From Mytilus californianus (lineage: Eukaryota), in the NCBI RefSeq assembly GCF_021869535.1, contig NW_026262582.1:53010001-53074000 (forward strand): DNA of 64,000 nucleotides, read 5' to 3'. The translations under genes were made by a program, and so were the position numbers. The notes below the pieces were generated by a model that worked only from the letters and a program-made list of their open reading frames with translations, was not told the DNA's origin and searched no databases. Within the stretch, counting starts at the first letter, position 1; every line of letters begins with the position of its first letter. Positions 38,141 to 50,805 of this stretch are shown here, piece after piece.

Positions 38141-39255
38141 CCAAAATACATATAACGATACTCAAAATGTTACAATAAGAGAGTAATATATGGTAAATTA
38201 TGAAAGAGACTATTGAAAATTTAATCAATGTTAGTATTGATAAAGACATTCATACTCCTTTATAGTGATAGATCGTATGATAGCTAGGCATTATTAAAAC
38301 AAATGTATCTTAGAGGATTATTACAACATAATAATACTCTAACTTTTATTTCGAATTTTGAATAAAAGAAACTTAAGGATAGAAGGGTTTTCACTAATTT
38401 AAAAAAAAATTGGTGATACACTTTTGACTGGCAAGCCATTCATTCTATCTCGTTTGGATTGATACCTTTATTGTGACTCCAGTTGGAGATGATAGTGCAT
38501 GTGATAAGCAAATTCACTTGTTTAACATCGTGTGATCTGAAAAAGTAAAGATATGGCTTAAAAGAAAGACCGATTTCGTTGACTGTTTGACCAGCAAACA
38601 ATCATCTTTAAGGTAAACCGATGACATACATTATGTTTCTTTTATATATGATATAAAATCTAACAGAAAAATCTTTATCATTATGTAGCACGATATATTT
38701 TATTGATTTGTTTATAATCATATTGGGGTTACATGCCTATCAACAATCTTCAAAGGTTATGTCGATGATTAATTAGATGGCGTACAGTCCAAAATAGCTA
38801 TCCTATGCATTGTATTTTGTTTCTTTTTGGAATTTTGGAAATTCTGATATACGTTTTAGTATTTAAATATCATATTTGATATTTTGAGTCAACTTGATGA
38901 ACATCTGATGTTCTTTTTGAGGTACGATAATTGACACGTCAATCGTCAAAGAGATGTTAATGTAAATACATTTCAGTACAACCATGTGAAACAAATCTAA
39001 ATGTCTTTATCGCCCCTCTCAAAAGTGATAATCTAACAGTATAGCAAAGATACACTTAAAGCTTTTGATTTTGCCATTTGATAAGGGACTTTCCGTTTTT
39101 TAATTTTCCTTGGAGTTCTGTATTTTTTATTTTACCTTTTACAATAAAGAAAGTTCTTAACTGTTCTGAGTTCAGCACAAACTAATCAAAGATATCAGAC
39201 TTATAAATTAGTACACCAGACGTCACATAAGATTCGCCTAACTCCATGGTTGTAA

Positions 39256-41252
39256 AATCTCACCGAAGACATACCTCCCTATTTTCATAACACACAACCA
39301 CCTATTATTAGATACACATACAAAAAAAACAGCAGTTTATTTTTTAATTATACGCCGGTAACATCAGACGTCAATGTAGAAAATAATACTCCTTTAACTT
39401 GAAACTGTGAATCGTCGAAGTTTAGATATGTTCCCTATGGCCATGTTATTACGGGGGACCTCAATATCGTCCAGGACAGAGAGGTTAAATTTTTTTTGAA
39501 AAAAGGACTAAAATATCGTCCTCCATCTAAAATAGATTGGAAACAGTGTCGTCAGGTCACCAAAGATGATCTTTCCTCATTTTGTAAAAAATTGGTGTAA
39601 ACGGGACAAATCTGATAAAAAAATCTCTTGATTCTTATTTAAATAAATGTATGCATGTGGTAGATAATAGAATATCATATTTTAGAAGTAAATAATAGAG
39701 TACATAATACACCTATTTCCAGAATAAGAAATAAACTTCAAGAACTTTCAAAGCGGTTTGTGTTTGTACCGGCCGACAAAGCAGCCAACAATGTGGTGGT
39801 GGTATGCCGTAAATACTATACGGACATTCTTAAGAATGAAATTTCAAATTCATTTACATTAAAGTCCATGCGCCCAACAGAGAGTCATATAGTTAACAAA
39901 CATTAACCACATCACAGCTTCAGGTTTCTTCTGAACATTTGAAGGTCCCTACTATGTATTGGTTACCTAAACTACACAAAAAATCCAGTAAAATATCGTT
40001 TCATCTCGGCCTCTAGTAAGTGTTTTACAACTAATCTTTCAGTGCTTTTAACAAGTTCCTTAACTACTATCAAAGAGCTTATCATAAACTATTGTATTAA
40101 AATATATGAAAATAGTGGAATTAACTATTTTTGGAGTGTAAAAAAGACTTTGGATGTTTTAGATAAATTACGTGCTTTTGATGGTCCTTTTGATTCTGTT
40201 GACAGTTTTGACTTTTCTACTCTTTACACTACACTTCCACACAATCTTATCAAACAAAAATTTGACTATTTAATTAAATGGTCGTTTGGTAAATCTGAAT
40301 TCAAATATATTTGCTGCAACTCATTTAAAGCCTTCTTCTCTAATGAGAAAGGTAAATATGCTAGATATACTTACTGGATGTGTGATGAGATGATTGAAGC
40401 TGTTAATTTTCTCCTTGATAATATTTATGTACGTTTCGGCAGCAAAGTGTATCGACAGGTTGTAGGTATTCCAATGGGCACTAGTTGCGCCCCTTTAATA
40501 GCAGACTTGTTTTTGTACTGTTATGAATCACAGTTTATGACCAAACTCAGTAAAGACTTGTCTAAATTGCATTTAATTGATAAATTCAACAACACTTTCC
40601 GTTATCTTGATGATATTTTTTCGTTAAATAATCCAGAATTTTCTCAATATACTGCCGAAATTTACCCAAAGGAACTTACTTTAAATAATCAAATTTAAAT
40701 GGTAACAACTGTCCTTTCCTAGATTTAGATATTTTGGTTTTACACGGGAAACTCCACACTAAAATTTACAACAAAAGGGACGATTTTTCGTTCCCTATTG
40801 TTAATTTTCCCTTTTTGGATGGTGATGTTCCTTTGGCATCATCTTACGGTGTTTATATTTCACAACTCGTTCGCTATGCCTGTGTCTGTTGTGACGTTTT
40901 TTATTTTAACGAACGTAATCTATGTATTACTGGTAAATTATTAAGCCAGGAATTTCGTTACCACAAATTACTTAAAACCTTTACTAAATTCTTCCACAGA
41001 TATAAAGATTTGGTTTTGAAGTTTGGTTGTACCTGTAGAAAACTTATTTCAAACGGGATTGCACATCCTCATTTTTACGGCAATATTGTTTACCGTGCCC
41101 GGAAATTTAGAAATGATCCTTGTAAACTTATCGATCCTTTAAATAAACTTATTCTAAAATGTTACCAATTCAACACTGTAATTATATCATTAAATATTGT
41201 TTTTATTGGTACTAATATTGATTTTATTATCAGTAAATTAAAAGCAAACTAA
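39256..41252 (+). pseudogene. PLE-A ORF (pre-RT linker plus reverse transcriptase), frameshifted, with in-frame TGA at 39400-39402
   Basis: PPIIRYTY...FFNY...PLT*NCESSKFRYVPYGHVITGDL...KGLKYRP; FVFVPADKAANNVVVVCRKYY; MYWLPKLHK; DSFDFSTLYTTLPH; RQVVGIPMGTSCAPLIADLFLY; FRYLDDI; YGVYISQLVRYA. Confidence 0.92.
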
Positions 41253-41337
41253 ATATTATTGTTATATACATATACACATTCATGGATCTACAATCTGTCG
41301 ATACCTGTATCCTGGCATTGCACGAGGTCGTGTTTTT

Positions 41338-41412
41338 CTCTGACTGTTTATGACGTCTTTACACTAAATCCATTGGATGTTGGATGTGTACGGATTGATA
41401 ATTTAGTCTTAG
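41338..41412 (+). promoter_or_regulatory. Type II SECIS (selenocysteine insertion sequence)-like hairpin
   Basis: A41350-UGAC / UGAU(41396-99) kink-turn quartet; helix II GUCUUUACAC/GUGUACGGAU (9 of 10 pairs, including 2 GU); unpaired AAA at 41366-68; helix III UCCA/UGGA; helix I GACUG/UAGUC. It lies ~100 nt downstream of the ORF stop. Confidence 0.75.
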
Positions 41413-43130
41413 ATGCATGATTTTTTTAATTAGTTGTTAGTGGCTTTGAACTAGCTATCAGTAACTGCGAGTACCCTCAGATCTGTACTTAGTGTCTTTC
41501 TGTTGTTTGGACGTACAAGTACCCGGCCACGTCCACTTGTATTTGTAGTATTTGTATTTTTATCCATCTGATGAGTTAAGCCTCTTTCAACTGATTTTTA
41601 TAGTTCGTTCTTATGTTGTACTGTTACACCACTGTCCCAGGTTAGGGGAGGGTTGGGGTCCATCTAACATGTTTAACCCCGCCACATTCTGTATGTATGT
41701 GCCTATCCTAAGTCAGGAGCCTGTAATTCAGTGGTTGTCGTTTGTTTATGTGTTACATATTTGTTATTCGTTCATTTTTTGTACATAAATTAGGCCGTTA
41801 GTTTTCTCGATTGAATTGTTTTACATTGCTATTTCGGGGCCTTTTATAGCTGTCTGTGCGGTATAGGCTTTGCTCATTGTTGTAGGCCGTACGGTGACCT
41901 ATAGTTGTTAATTTCTGTGTCATTTGGTCTCTTGTGGAGAGTTGTCTCATTGGCAATCATACCACATCTTCTTTTTTATATAGATTGAAAGATATATCAA
42001 TATTTGTATCCATTAATTTTGATGACCTGTCGGTATATTGTGATAGATTTTAATAACGAACACTTCTATTATTTTGCTTTCTATAGTACAAGAACTCTTC
42101 ATACCAAATTATAACGATGTTTTAACTTGGTGTACATGAAAGAGAATTCAGACACATGAACAGTGGTGAATTCATAATTATAGTATTAAACCACCCATCA
42201 CCACCTGGTCTAATGAAGTATTCCTTTAGGTGAGTTGATGTCGGGATGGCGATGCCAAGGGCCTCGGGTTTCGAACCCCGGCCAGTACAGTGGCAAATAT
42301 GGAAGGATGATTATACTCTATTACTTCAATTGGCATACAATTGAAAAAGCCATGGCCAATAAAAGAGATCGAATCAGTAAAGCAAGGGATAAATGTTTAT
42401 GCAACTAAGCTATAATGAATCTTGGAGTGGAGTAGATGCATCCTTTTACCTAGTAAATATATAACCACCCTCCATTAGCTGCAACAGCTCCTATAGCTGT
42501 GTTGACAGAGCGGTTGCTTTTCATCAAAGGGGTCCAAGTTTGATCAAAATTTGGTACAGGGATAAATTTTAGATGATACGCATGCACTACTGCCACAGCG
42601 GTAAATGTGCAATAAAATAATTGCAGCTAAACAAAGCATTAATGTGTTTTCAAAATACTGTTATTCATAATTCACACAACTAGCTGCATACTAGTATACA
42701 GAAAGTCTGTAGTCCTACATTTGTTATTTAGTCAAGAAAGTTATCGAAACACAATATATATGTTAGCTTTTTTCAATATCTGATTAAGTTTCAGAAATGA
42801 TGGTTATATATCGTCAAGATTCCTATCTCAGAATCAAATAATTTGAAGGGAGCAGGATTTTCGTCTATGTGAATTTATTAAGGTTATTTATAAATATTTT
42901 AAATAAAGTAAAATCCATAGAATCCCTTTGATGGACACCTCTGTTCGTAAAACAAAACATCCTATATGAAAATTGCTGTAGCATTACGTGCCTTCGTTTC
43001 ATTTTATATGATTTGTATTAATTTATAAGTCTTATTTGGTCTCCCAGTTTAATAAAACTAATAATCATGTCCTTCAAAATTAATCAAGCGTTTCTTAATG
43101 AAATCATTTATCTATATACATAAATTCACA

Positions 43131-43152
43131 GAGAGAGAGAGAGAGAGAGAGA
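43131..43152. repeat. (GA)11 microsatellite
   Basis: Read directly from the sequence. Confidence 0.95.
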
Positions 43153-43559
43153 CGTATGTACATGGTTTAGCTGTGTATATCTGTGCAGTGGTTTTTTGTT
43201 ATTCCGCGAAATGTCGATTTGTCAGATAACCTTGGACACAACTTAACTTTTTGACTCCAATCTTAGGACTCCAATTTTTTTGTTATGGCTTTATCTATAG
43301 CTGACTGTATTGCTTCAACGATAGATTCTGAAACCCATAATATATTTTTATTTTAGTTCAATTTACGTGCATTATTGTACGCACGTAATCGCACCGTTGA
43401 ACATTTTGTTCTTATTTAAGTTTTTGATATCTCGGTTAAAACTGTGTTTTTAGGGAACAGAACGGAAATATAATAAGTTTAATTCAATAATATCCATGTT
43501 CTTTAAGTATATCTGATTAAAGTCAGTATAATAAGAAATAATGATTTGCATTATTAGAC

Positions 43560-43712
43560 AAAAGTGCTACTAACCTTGTGATACCCTCGGGGCCGAAACG
43601 CCCACTAGTATTTGCATCGATCCAGTGGTTGTAAAAACTTATCAAAAGATATCAGGCTTATAGTTTTGCATGACAGACGCACGTTTCGTATAATATAAGT
43701 GCATCAATGCAA
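43560..43712 (-). repeat. Antisense fragment of retrozyme family A with a degenerate hammerhead
   Basis: The minus strand reads GCA-UUGAUGC-...-GAAA-CGUGCG-UC-UGUC and AAGCCTGATATCTTTTGATAAG. Confidence 0.6.
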
Positions 43713-46700
43713 AAATAAATGTTTAAAGAAAAGTAGACGAAATGCGAGTCTGGCGTACAAACTTTTAAGCCTGGTTCTATGATGAGTTTATTTGCAACCA
43801 CTATTACGATGCTACTGCTGGTGGAAGTTTCCTCCCTGAGGGTATATCACTAGTTCAAAAGTCAGCTCTTCTGTATTGACTTGAACTATCATTGATATGG
43901 TCATAATTATAAATTAACTATTTACAAAACTTGTTTCGGAATGCTAAGGATTTTCTACACTAGAATAGAATACTTTACTTGTATTTTGTAAAAACTTACT
44001 TTATGAATAATTGGTCCTCAATGTACTTCGACTTTGTACTCTTTTTTGGTGGCCTTTTCGTGTGTCATTGATGAGTTTTCGCAGACAAGAAGCAGTCTGG
44101 CGTACAAATATTTCAGCCTTGTATCTATGATGAGATTATTAGACATGTTTGACAAATTACTGGCTACCTAAGGTATATGTATGGTACCATTGATAGAAAA
44201 AAATGTATCATACATTCGCCTTTAGGAAATAGTGTTTTGAAATGTCAAAAATATGACAGTTGTTTTCCATTCGTTTGATGTGTTTGATGTGTTTGAGTAT
44301 TTAATATATTTAATATTGCCATTTGATAAAGGATTTTCCGTTTAGAATTTTCCTTTGAGTTGGTTTTTTTTTTTTTTTTTTGGTTATTTTACTTTTTTGT
44401 AATGACAGAGATGAAATAATCAGGAAGTTGTACGGACAGGTAATTTTTCGTGAATGGAAAATATACTAGAATAAATTATGCTTATCAATACTGTTACAGT
44501 ATTGAAATGTCAAATAAAAAAATATATACCTTTTACATATACAGCCGATGTCCAGTTAGTATCTCATAAGTCTTTCACAAATTAGAATATGTAAGGAATG
44601 CAAGGAAAAAATGAATCACATGAGCCACTATCTAAAGGAGATCAAGGGATTATACTGGGTTAGCATCTCTATCTATTAGTGTTTCATATGTCGCACGATT
44701 CCAGTAAAAACTGATAGCAAGTGTCAAAATCAGATTCATGATTAATCTAGTAGCAATGATAGATGGTAATAAATAGACATGCAGAGTAAATGAACGCGTT
44801 TTGAAATATCAGAAATGAGTTGAGATATCCAAGGTTCAATAGCTTTCTTGTAAGCAGCAACGATCTATCAAATATATATAGATAGGAAACGTAAGATGTG
44901 GAATATCTCATCAGCTTAAGGTGCTGATGGAATGTTGCTTAATAGAAATTGAAAGTCACAATGAGATTATTGTGAGAGGACACGCTCTTTATATAAATAT
45001 TTGAAAGTAAAAGGCTAATACTAGCTATTTTTCGTTCTATTTGTTTATCACATAAGAAAAGTCGACAAGATATGTCAGGATCATAAAGTACAAGGAAAGT
45101 GAGAATTTATACATTGGTAAAGTAATATAAACTGTTGACACAGAGATATATCTCGCCTTTATGTAATTATTATGATAGTATAATGCAAATATTAAAATTA
45201 AAACATGAATACTATACAAAAAAATCAAAGCCAATGAACCATGATAGAAAGTGCATGGCCAACTAATCGCCATGAAAATGAAGTCTCGCTTTTTCGACTT
45301 CGTCACTGCTAGACAACAAGGATCATGTTTATTTTCGTTTGAAACTATACATCTTAGAACATTTAAATTATACATTTCAAACATAAGAAATGGCAACAGA
45401 AACTAAATTCAATGCCTTGCACTGCAAATTCAGCAAAACATATTTTAAAAAGAAATGAAGGACAGTTAAGTAAACTTATAAATGAAAATCCTTGCTTATT
45501 GATGTTTTCCTTGTAATAAATGAGCTGCAGTAATATAAGTAAAAAAAAGAAATCTTTTTAAATGAAAAAAGAAAAATAATTCATAAAGATGTTTAAATAC
45601 AAAAATGAATTTATTCACATGGGAAATTCTTGTCTATTTTTGCATAGTTTGGATAATTCAAGATTTCTCACACCAGCGGTTCTGTCAAAATGTTGCTATT
45701 GCTATGGATTATAACCGATTATTTAAGATAAAAGTATACTACTTTATTCATACCTAAACCACTATAACAAACAACTTCAAGAGAAGCAGTCTCAAAACTA
45801 TGGATTTTTCAAAAAGTTTTCAATGAAAATTTATTTTTTTAAAATTCATAGAATGTAGAGATGCCAATTACCGCTAGGTGAAAATAAAGAGAGATAATTA
45901 ACATGCTCATATTCCTGACCTATATATGATTTGTGTTAGGTTATGCGAGAGGTCATTGACGAAGTGCTGTTTAGGAATACAATACATAAACGGTAAATAA
46001 GTTACATTTAAGGATATTTTTTATGCAGAATTTTAATGAGAATCATGTAGGTAACATTAAAAAGATTATGTGTAGTGTGTCAGTAGCTTACATGGGTTCG
46101 TAAATAATTGATATTTTGCAAATATTGCTTAACACAGGTTAAAACTCAATGAACCATTCAAATGAATATCAAAATATATACGAAAACAAATAATATAAGT
46201 TTTTTTCACATAACACAACCGGACCCGACAGTTTTTTTTTTGAATCGGCAAAATCCCTTTCTTTTATGGCTGTAGTTTGTATTGTCTTGTATTGATTGAT
46301 TGAATGTTGGTTGCTTATATTGAATTGGAACATCTTAAGTCATCGTCAAAACTGGAAACTAAAGTAAACAATTTTGCAATATATAATATTTAAGAGTACA
46401 TAGAATATATCAAAATGTATTGTAAAATCAGTTGCAACCCAAATTTGAAGCTTTTCCATGGAGGAAATTAAATGAGCATACGAAAAAGAATGTGTTATAG
46501 CCAATTTAGAGTAATAACAGTTAATTCCCTTTGAATATGAGATTACTGCTTTATATTAAATCAATGTTTTAACATGTATAGATCAACTTTACTACTCAAT
46601 AGATTTATTTTATCGTATTTCAGAAATAAATATTTTCAATAGATATGGCTATAAAATGTACTCAGAAGCAAAGACAACTGGTCTAGTCCCATTAACCGTC

Positions 46701-49700
46701 AGAAATTCGCAGGTTTTTTTTTCAAGTATTGTACGGAACAAGCATTTTTTTTAATTATGATTTATTTTGTTAGAATGGAAAATTATCATGAATAGTCTGA
46801 AAAAACTGTCACTTAAAAATACTTTTTTATACGGAATTTCTATGTTTGAATGACTTACATAGGTTAATTGTTCTTTTTTTTTTTTTTTTTGCAATAACAT
46901 CAGTGGTTGTAAAAACTTATCAAAAGATATCAGGCTTATAGTTTTGTATGACAGACGCACGTTTCGTATAATATAAGTGCATCAATGCAAAAATAAATGT
47001 TTAAAGAAAAGTAGACGAAATGCGAGTCTGGCGTACAAACTTTTAAGGCTGGTTCTATGATGAGTTTATTTGCAACCACTATTACGATGCTACTGCTGGT
47101 GGAAGTTTCCTCCCTGAGGGTATATCACTAGTTCAAAAGTCAGCTCTTCTGTATTGACTTGAACTATCATTGATATGGTCATAATTATAAATTAACTATT
47201 TACAAAACTTGTTTCGGAATGCTAAGGATTTTCTACACTAGAATAGAATACTTTACTTGTATTTTGTAAAAACTTACTTTATGAATAATTGGTCCTCAAT
47301 GTACTTCGACTTTGTACTCTTTTTTGGTGGCCTTTTCGTGTGTCATTGATGAGTTTTCGCAGACAAGAAGCAGTCTGGCGTACAAATATTTCAGCCTTGT
47401 ATCTATGATGAGATTATTAGACATGTTTGACAAATTACTGGCTACCTAAGGTATATGTATGGTACCATTGATAGAAAAAAAATGTATCATACATTCGCCT
47501 TTAGGAAATAGTGTTTTGAAATGTCAAAAATATGACAGTTGTTTTCCATTCGTTTGATGTGTTTGGTGTGTTTGAGTATTTAATATATTTAATATTGCCA
47601 TTTGATAAAGGATTTTCCGTTTAGAATTTTCCTTTGAGTTGGTTTTTTTTTTTTTTTTTTTTGGTTATTTTACTTTTTTGTAATGACAGAGATGAAATAA
47701 TCAGGAAGTTGTACGGACAGGTAATTTTTCGTGAATGGAAAATATACTAGAATAAATTATGCTTATCAATACTGTTACAGTATTGAAATGTCAAATAAAA
47801 AAATATATACCTTTTACATATACAGCCGATGTCCAGTTAGTATCTCATAAGTCTTTCACAAATTAGAATATGTAAGGAATGCAAGGAAAAAATGAATCAC
47901 ATGAGCCACTATCTAAAGGAGATCAAGGGATTATACTGGGTTAGCATCTCTATCTATTAGTGTTTCATATGTCGCACGATTCCAGTAAAAACTGATAGCA
48001 AGTGTCAAAATCAGATTCATGATTAATCTAGTAGCAATGATAGATGGTAATAAATAGACATGCAGAGTAAATGAACGCGTTTTGAAATATCAGAAATGAG
48101 TTGAGATATCCAAGGTTCAATAGCTTTCTTGTAAGCAGCAACGATCTATCAAATATATATAGATAGGAAACGTAAGATGTGGAATATCTCATCAGCTTAA
48201 GGTGCTGATGGAATGTTGCTTAATAGAAATTGAAAGTCACAATGAGATTATTGTGAGAGGACACGCTCTTTATATAAATATTTGAAAGTAAAAGGCTAAT
48301 ACTAGCTATTTTTCGTTCTATTTGTTTATCACATAAGAAAAGTCGACAAGATATGTCAGGATCATAAAGTACAAGGAAAGTGAGAATTTATACATTGGTA
48401 AAGTAATATAAACTGTTGACACAGAGATATGTCTCGCCTTTATGTAATTATTATGATAGTATAATACAAATATTAAAATTAAAACATGAATACTATACAA
48501 AAAAATCAAAGCCAATGAACCATGATAGAAAATGCATGGCCAACTAATCGCCATGAAACTGAAGTCTCGCTTTTTCGACTTCGTCACTGCTAGACAACAA
48601 GGATCATGTTTATTTTCGTTTGAAACTATACATCTTAGAACATTTAAATTATACATTTCAAACATAAGAAATGGCAACAGAAACTAAATTCAATGCCTTG
48701 CACTGCAAATTCAGCAAAATATATTTTAAAAAGAAATGAAGGACAGTTAAGTAAACTTATAAATGAAAATCCTTGCTTATTGAGGTTTTCCTTGTAATAA
48801 ACAAGCTGCAGTAATATAAGTAAAAAAAACTTGCTTTTTAAATGAAACAAGAAAAATAATTCATAAAGATGTTTAAATACAAAAATGAATTTATTCACAT
48901 GGGAAATTCTTGTCTATTTTTGCATAGTTTGGATAATTCAAAATTTCTCACACCAGCGGTTCTGTCAAAATGTTGCTATTGCTATGGATAATAACCGATT
49001 ATTTAAGATAAAAGTATACTACTTTATTCATACCTAAACCACTATAACAGCTTCAAGAGAAGCAGTCTCAAAACTATGGATTTTTCAAAAAGTTTTCAAT
49101 GAAAACTTATTTTTTATAATCCATAGAATGTAGAGATGCCAATTACCGCTAGGTGAAAATAAAGAGAGATAATTAACATGCTCATTTTCCTGACCTATAT
49201 ATGATTTGTGTTAGGTTATGAGAGAGGTCATTGACGAAGTGCTGTTTAGGAATACAATACATAAACGGTAAATAAGTTACATTTAAGGATATTTTTGATG
49301 CATAATTTTAATGAGAATCATGTAGGTAACATTAAAAAGATTATGTGTATTGTGTCAGTAGCTTACATGGATTCGTAAGAAATAGATATTTTGCAAATAT
49401 TGCTTAACACAGGTTAAAACTCAATGAACTATTCAAATGAATATCAAAATATATACGAAAACAAATAATATAAGTTTTTTTCACATACCCGACAGTTTTT
49501 GTTTTTTTTGAATCGGCAAAATCCCTTTCTTTTATGGCTGTAGTTTGTATAGTCTTGTACTGATTGATTGAATGTTGGTTGCTTATATTGACTTGGAACA
49601 TCTTAAGTCATCGTCAAAACTGGAAACTAAAGTAAACAATTTTGCAATACATAATATTTAAGAGTGCATAGAATATATCAAAATGTATTTTAAAATCAGT

Positions 49701-50164
49701 TGCAACCCAAATTTGAAGCTTTTCCATGGAGGAAGTTAAATGAGCATACGAAAAAGAATGTGTTATAGCCAATTTAGAGTAATAACAGTTAATTCCCTTT
49801 GAATATGAGATTACTGCTTTATATTAAATCAATGTTTTAACATGTATAGATCAACTTTACTACTCAATAGATTTATTTTATCGTATTTCAGAAATAAATA
49901 TTTTCAATTGATATGGCTATAAAATGTACTCAGAAGCGAAGACAACTGGTCTAGTACCATTAACCGTCAGAAATTCGCAGGTTTTTTTTCAAGCATTGTT
50001 CTGAACAAGCATTTTTTTTTAATTAGGATTTGTTTTGTTAGAATGGAAAATTATCATGAATAGTCTGACAAAACTGTCACTTAAAAATACTTTTTTATAC
50101 GGAATTTCTATGTTTGAATGACTTACATAGGTTATTCTTTTACTTTTTTTTTTTGCAATAACAA
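43623..50164. repeat. ~3.27-kb direct tandem duplication (43623-46900 and 46901-50164)
   Basis: Collinear throughout with an offset of ~3278. The junction and right end show CAG(T/C)GGT microhomology. Confidence 0.97.
43733..44135 (+). mobile_element. Retrozyme-like monomer (family A) bounded by two degenerate hammerhead motifs
   Basis: GUC|UGGCGUAC at 43748-50 and 44095-97 gives a 347-nt unit. The upstream motif keeps GACGAAA and the downstream one keeps UUGAUGA. Duplicated at 47011-47415. Confidence 0.65.
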
Positions 50165-50805
50165 CAGCGGTAGAAATTTTACTACACAAAATACGCATTT
50201 TTACAATAAAATTCTCTTCAGTGATATTCGAGGCCTAAATATTTGAAAATAAGAAAAACTGATCTATTTTGACGAATACTTTTCAGCACATCACTACTTA
50301 ACTGTTCCACTGAGAAACAGAAGGTTTAGGACTTTTATTATGCTAAGTCACTAAAGGGACTCTGAATCAAACTGTTTAGAATTCAAAATTTAATGATCAA
50401 AAGTATTACAGAAGGATTAGAATTGTTCACATTATGCTTTTTGCATTAAAAGTAATAAAATATTCTACCCGGTCTACCCAGAGTGATCCTATATATCCCA
50501 TAAAAATGGCAATAAGAATTTATCAAGTCAACTAGTTTTCTAAGAGACATTTCTTAATTTTATCTGTTTATTACTGTTAGTCTTTTAACATATTTATCTG
50601 ACCTATCATAAGGCCTAACATTATAGTCGCAAAAGATGGAAAACTTCAGGTTTGATGATAGAATTTACACAAAAAGCACTAATAGTTGATGTGTAAGTTT
50701 GCACGATTGAAAAAGACATACTGTACTCATTATTATGTCGAGAATTAAGTTTTTATTCTGACGACAGAATATGAATGAAATAAAAAACGATGTGTTTTTT
50801 TCTAG

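Larger units (their letters stand above)
39256..41980 (+). mobile_element. Penelope-like retroelement PLE-A (Naiad-like), 5'-truncated, with SECIS-bearing 3' UTR
   Basis: PLE RT motifs followed by a ~730-bp 3' UTR that is also attached to the second copy (58836-58921 plus 61268-61845). No GIY-YIG domain follows the RT. Confidence 0.88.

Noticed and set aside
42235-42300. tRNA gene (GGTTTCGAACC B-box-like motif; a similar relic at ~42495-42560)
   Set aside because: No complete cloverleaf could be drawn. It is more likely a decayed SINE head.
45037-45396. 119-aa ORF preserved in both duplicate copies (also 48318-48677)
   Set aside because: There is no recognisable domain, and all four differences I found between the copies are non-synonymous, so there is no sign of purifying selection. 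Its persistence is explained by the recent duplication.
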